A stretch of 64,000 bases of DNA from positions 14,756,001 through 14,820,000 of the forward strand of contig NC_082730.1 of assembly GCF_030144855.1 (NCBI RefSeq). The letters run 5' to 3'. Positions within the stretch are counted from its first letter, which is position 1. Each line of letters starts with the position of its first letter. Positions 61,641 through 64,000 of the stretch are shown here, in pieces. Below the pieces are notes generated by a model that was not told where the DNA came from, made no database searches, and worked only from the letters and a program-made list of their open reading frames with translations. This DNA comes from Hypanus sabinus. Its lineage: Eukaryota. The position numbers and the translations under genes were made by a program.

Positions 61641-62289
61641 GTATTAATGACAGGGTAAGACCAAGATTGTCAGGGGAACATATTATGGAGGATAGCTGAT
61701 CATTGAGTTAAAGAGGAAGAGAAGAGAAAACCGGATAGATGAATAAAAGTTATGAACTTAAAGCTGGAAAGAGCAAAGACACAAAAAAAGGCATGTGAAA
61801 AGTTGGAAGTGCTGCAGAGCAGTGTAGCCTAGTTTAGAGAGGGTGTCCAGGAGAGGGTGTGAATGGGTTGAGATACCATTAACACCAGAAGTGAGCAGGT
61901 TTTAGTTCTGAGGGGAGAGATATCAACACAGGGAGAGTAATAGCTGCTGGAGACACTCAAAATTATCAGGATTTTGAAAAAAATGAGTAAAGGTCTACCA
62001 GTTAGTGAGTTAGTACTAGAAAATGTAAATTTTATATAGACAGGGATTATGAGAAATTTATTGATGCAAATGATCCTGATAAAGTGGAATTGCTGCTGAG
62101 GCTCAGAACCAAAATACACATCTAAAAGGGAAGTGAAGAGCTGCTGATTCAGGTTGGAGGGGAAACATGCAAGTGAATGGTATGAAAGGAAGAGCCTTTC
62201 TATAGTTCCTCATGAAGTACAAGATAACACAACCCTTACAAAACAAAAATGTGAACAAGAGGCTTCTCAGCACATTTAAGAGTGCATAA

Positions 62290-62640
62290 CACATACAGAA
62301 TGCTGGAGAATCTTAGCAGGTAATGCAGTATCTTTGAAAAGGAAAGGTTCAGGCTGAGACCCTTCATCAAGACTGGAAAGGAAAGGGCGGATAAGCCGGA
62401 ATAAGAAGATGGGGGGATAGTAAGGAGTACAAGCTAGAAGGTGATAGGTGAAGCCAGGTGGTCATGGGAATGAGGAGGAAGTAAGAAACTGGGAGGTGAT
62501 AGGTGGAAAATCTAACAGGAAAGAAGAGTGAACCAGGGAAGAAAGTGACTAGGAGGGGTGCCAAGAGGAGATAATAACCAGATGTGGAGAAGAGAAGAGA
62601 TAAGAAGGGAGCTAGAGCAGGGAATGGAAGAAGGGGAATG
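62290..62640 (-). mobile_element. Penelope-like terminus with a hammerhead relic (62346-62375)
   Basis: CAGTC TTGATGA AGGG TCTCAG CCT GAACC plus a GA-rich body. Confidence 0.55.
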
Positions 62641-64000
62641 AGGGAGTTGGAGAAGAGTAAGCACATTTAATGGTATGCTGTCATCAGACAGGCCAGGTAA
62701 GGATAGTGGATTTTCCTCCCTAGAGGACAATAGTGAACTCAACAGACTTCAAAACAACCTGATAGTACCTTGGAATCATAATTAATGTTGATCTTCTCTC
62801 TTGTTTTTATTTTTAAGCAGTTAACCTTTTGTTACTTTTTTGCCATATCTTGTTCCTAATGAATTAGAGTTATAAACTCTAATGTTAAGGTCCCAATTTC
62901 ACTCTACCTGAAACTTTGATTCTTTGAAATCTATTGCATCAACCAGACTTGTGCCTCTGGCTTAGTCATTTGTGCTGTTACGTGCATTCACACAGTTCTT
63001 TCCTCTGTTTTATTGGCAAGCCTCCTCAGCCTCTCTCTGACCTGATTCCTACTTCAGGTTTCCTTGTAATCTATTTATTTTTAGCCCTTCACTCTGCTTT
63101 ATCTTCAACCAACTTCCTGGTATTTTACAGTCAACATTTTCCCCACCACAAGGTTTTCCCCCAACAGGTCCATTGATCTCATAACCATTTCAGTCATGTT
63201 TCCAAGATTCTTGCCCTGAAATGCCCCACTGAAGCCATTATCTGATCTTTCTTTTTACTAAGCCCACTGCCCAGACTATGAAGCGTTCCCATATTTCACA
63301 GTTCTTTTATTGCTCACCATACACATAGGGTAACGACCCAAAGTCCTCAACATCCATAGGCCAGCAGCTCTTAAGATGATCAGCGGTCCTTGGGCACACA
63401 GGTGATCTGCACCGAGCAGATGTCTAGCCACTTTAGCCAGGACGAAATCTCACGTGAAGCGTTGGCGAGGTTTTGTCGTTCTTTGCTTGCTCATCAATAG
63501 GCGATACTGGCATCGCACCTACTTGAGCAGCGGTGTCACACGGGATGCGTCGCCCTGAAAAGGTGCCTGTAATGAACAGTAGATGTCAGTTGAAGCTGGA
63601 ACCCACAGCTCATTCACCGCGGATGGCCCGATGCACCGAGGCAGTCGGCACTTTCTAGCGTTTGTACCAAAGCCTGCGTGGTATATTCTCGGGCACCGCG
63701 TCCTCTGTTTTGCAGCCGCGGATGTCTTTATGTTGGGGGGGGGGCTTGCTGACCAGGCTTATTCAAAAAGTTCGAATTTCAAAGTAAAATTTATTATCAG
63801 AGTATATACATGACACCAGGTACAACCCTGAGATTCTTTTTCTGCAAGCATGTTTAGCAAATTAATAGAAGAGTAACAGAAAACAGGATCATTGAACAAA
63901 CAGTGCAAATGCAAATACAAATAAAGAGCAATAAATAACAAACATGAAATAACAAGACAAAGAGCCCTTAAAGTGAGACCATCAATTGTGGGAATACCAG

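Overview
Vertebrate genomic DNA, most likely from a cartilaginous fish and probably a ray. That assignment is inferred from the repeat content (CR1/HER1-type LINEs, V-SINE- and DeuSINE-like elements). The window holds part of a tandem cluster of Ig-superfamily immune-type receptor genes that alternate CD300/pIgR-like V domains with FCRL-like C2 domains, which fits the skate 'MDIR' family as I recall it (not checked). Gene A (minus) is leader-V-C2-V and runs off the left edge. Gene B (minus) appears complete: leader-V-C2-V-C2-stalk-TM(Arg)-short tail, about 490-505 aa, activating type. Gene C (plus, head-to-head with B) is leader-V-C2 and continues to the right. Between them lie a truncated V exon with a fold-back junction, orphan promoter, leader, TM-like and 3'-end relics, and a 24-bp minisatellite. 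Much of the remaining sequence is transposon debris: CR1, Rex1/Babar, RTE, L1, Tc1, Tigger, a solo LTR, SINEs, and Penelope-like termini carrying degenerate hammerhead ribozyme cores. Exon models come from manual translation, splice-site reading and phase matching; none is supported by expression data. Repeat boundaries are approximate unless a target-site duplication (TSD) is given.
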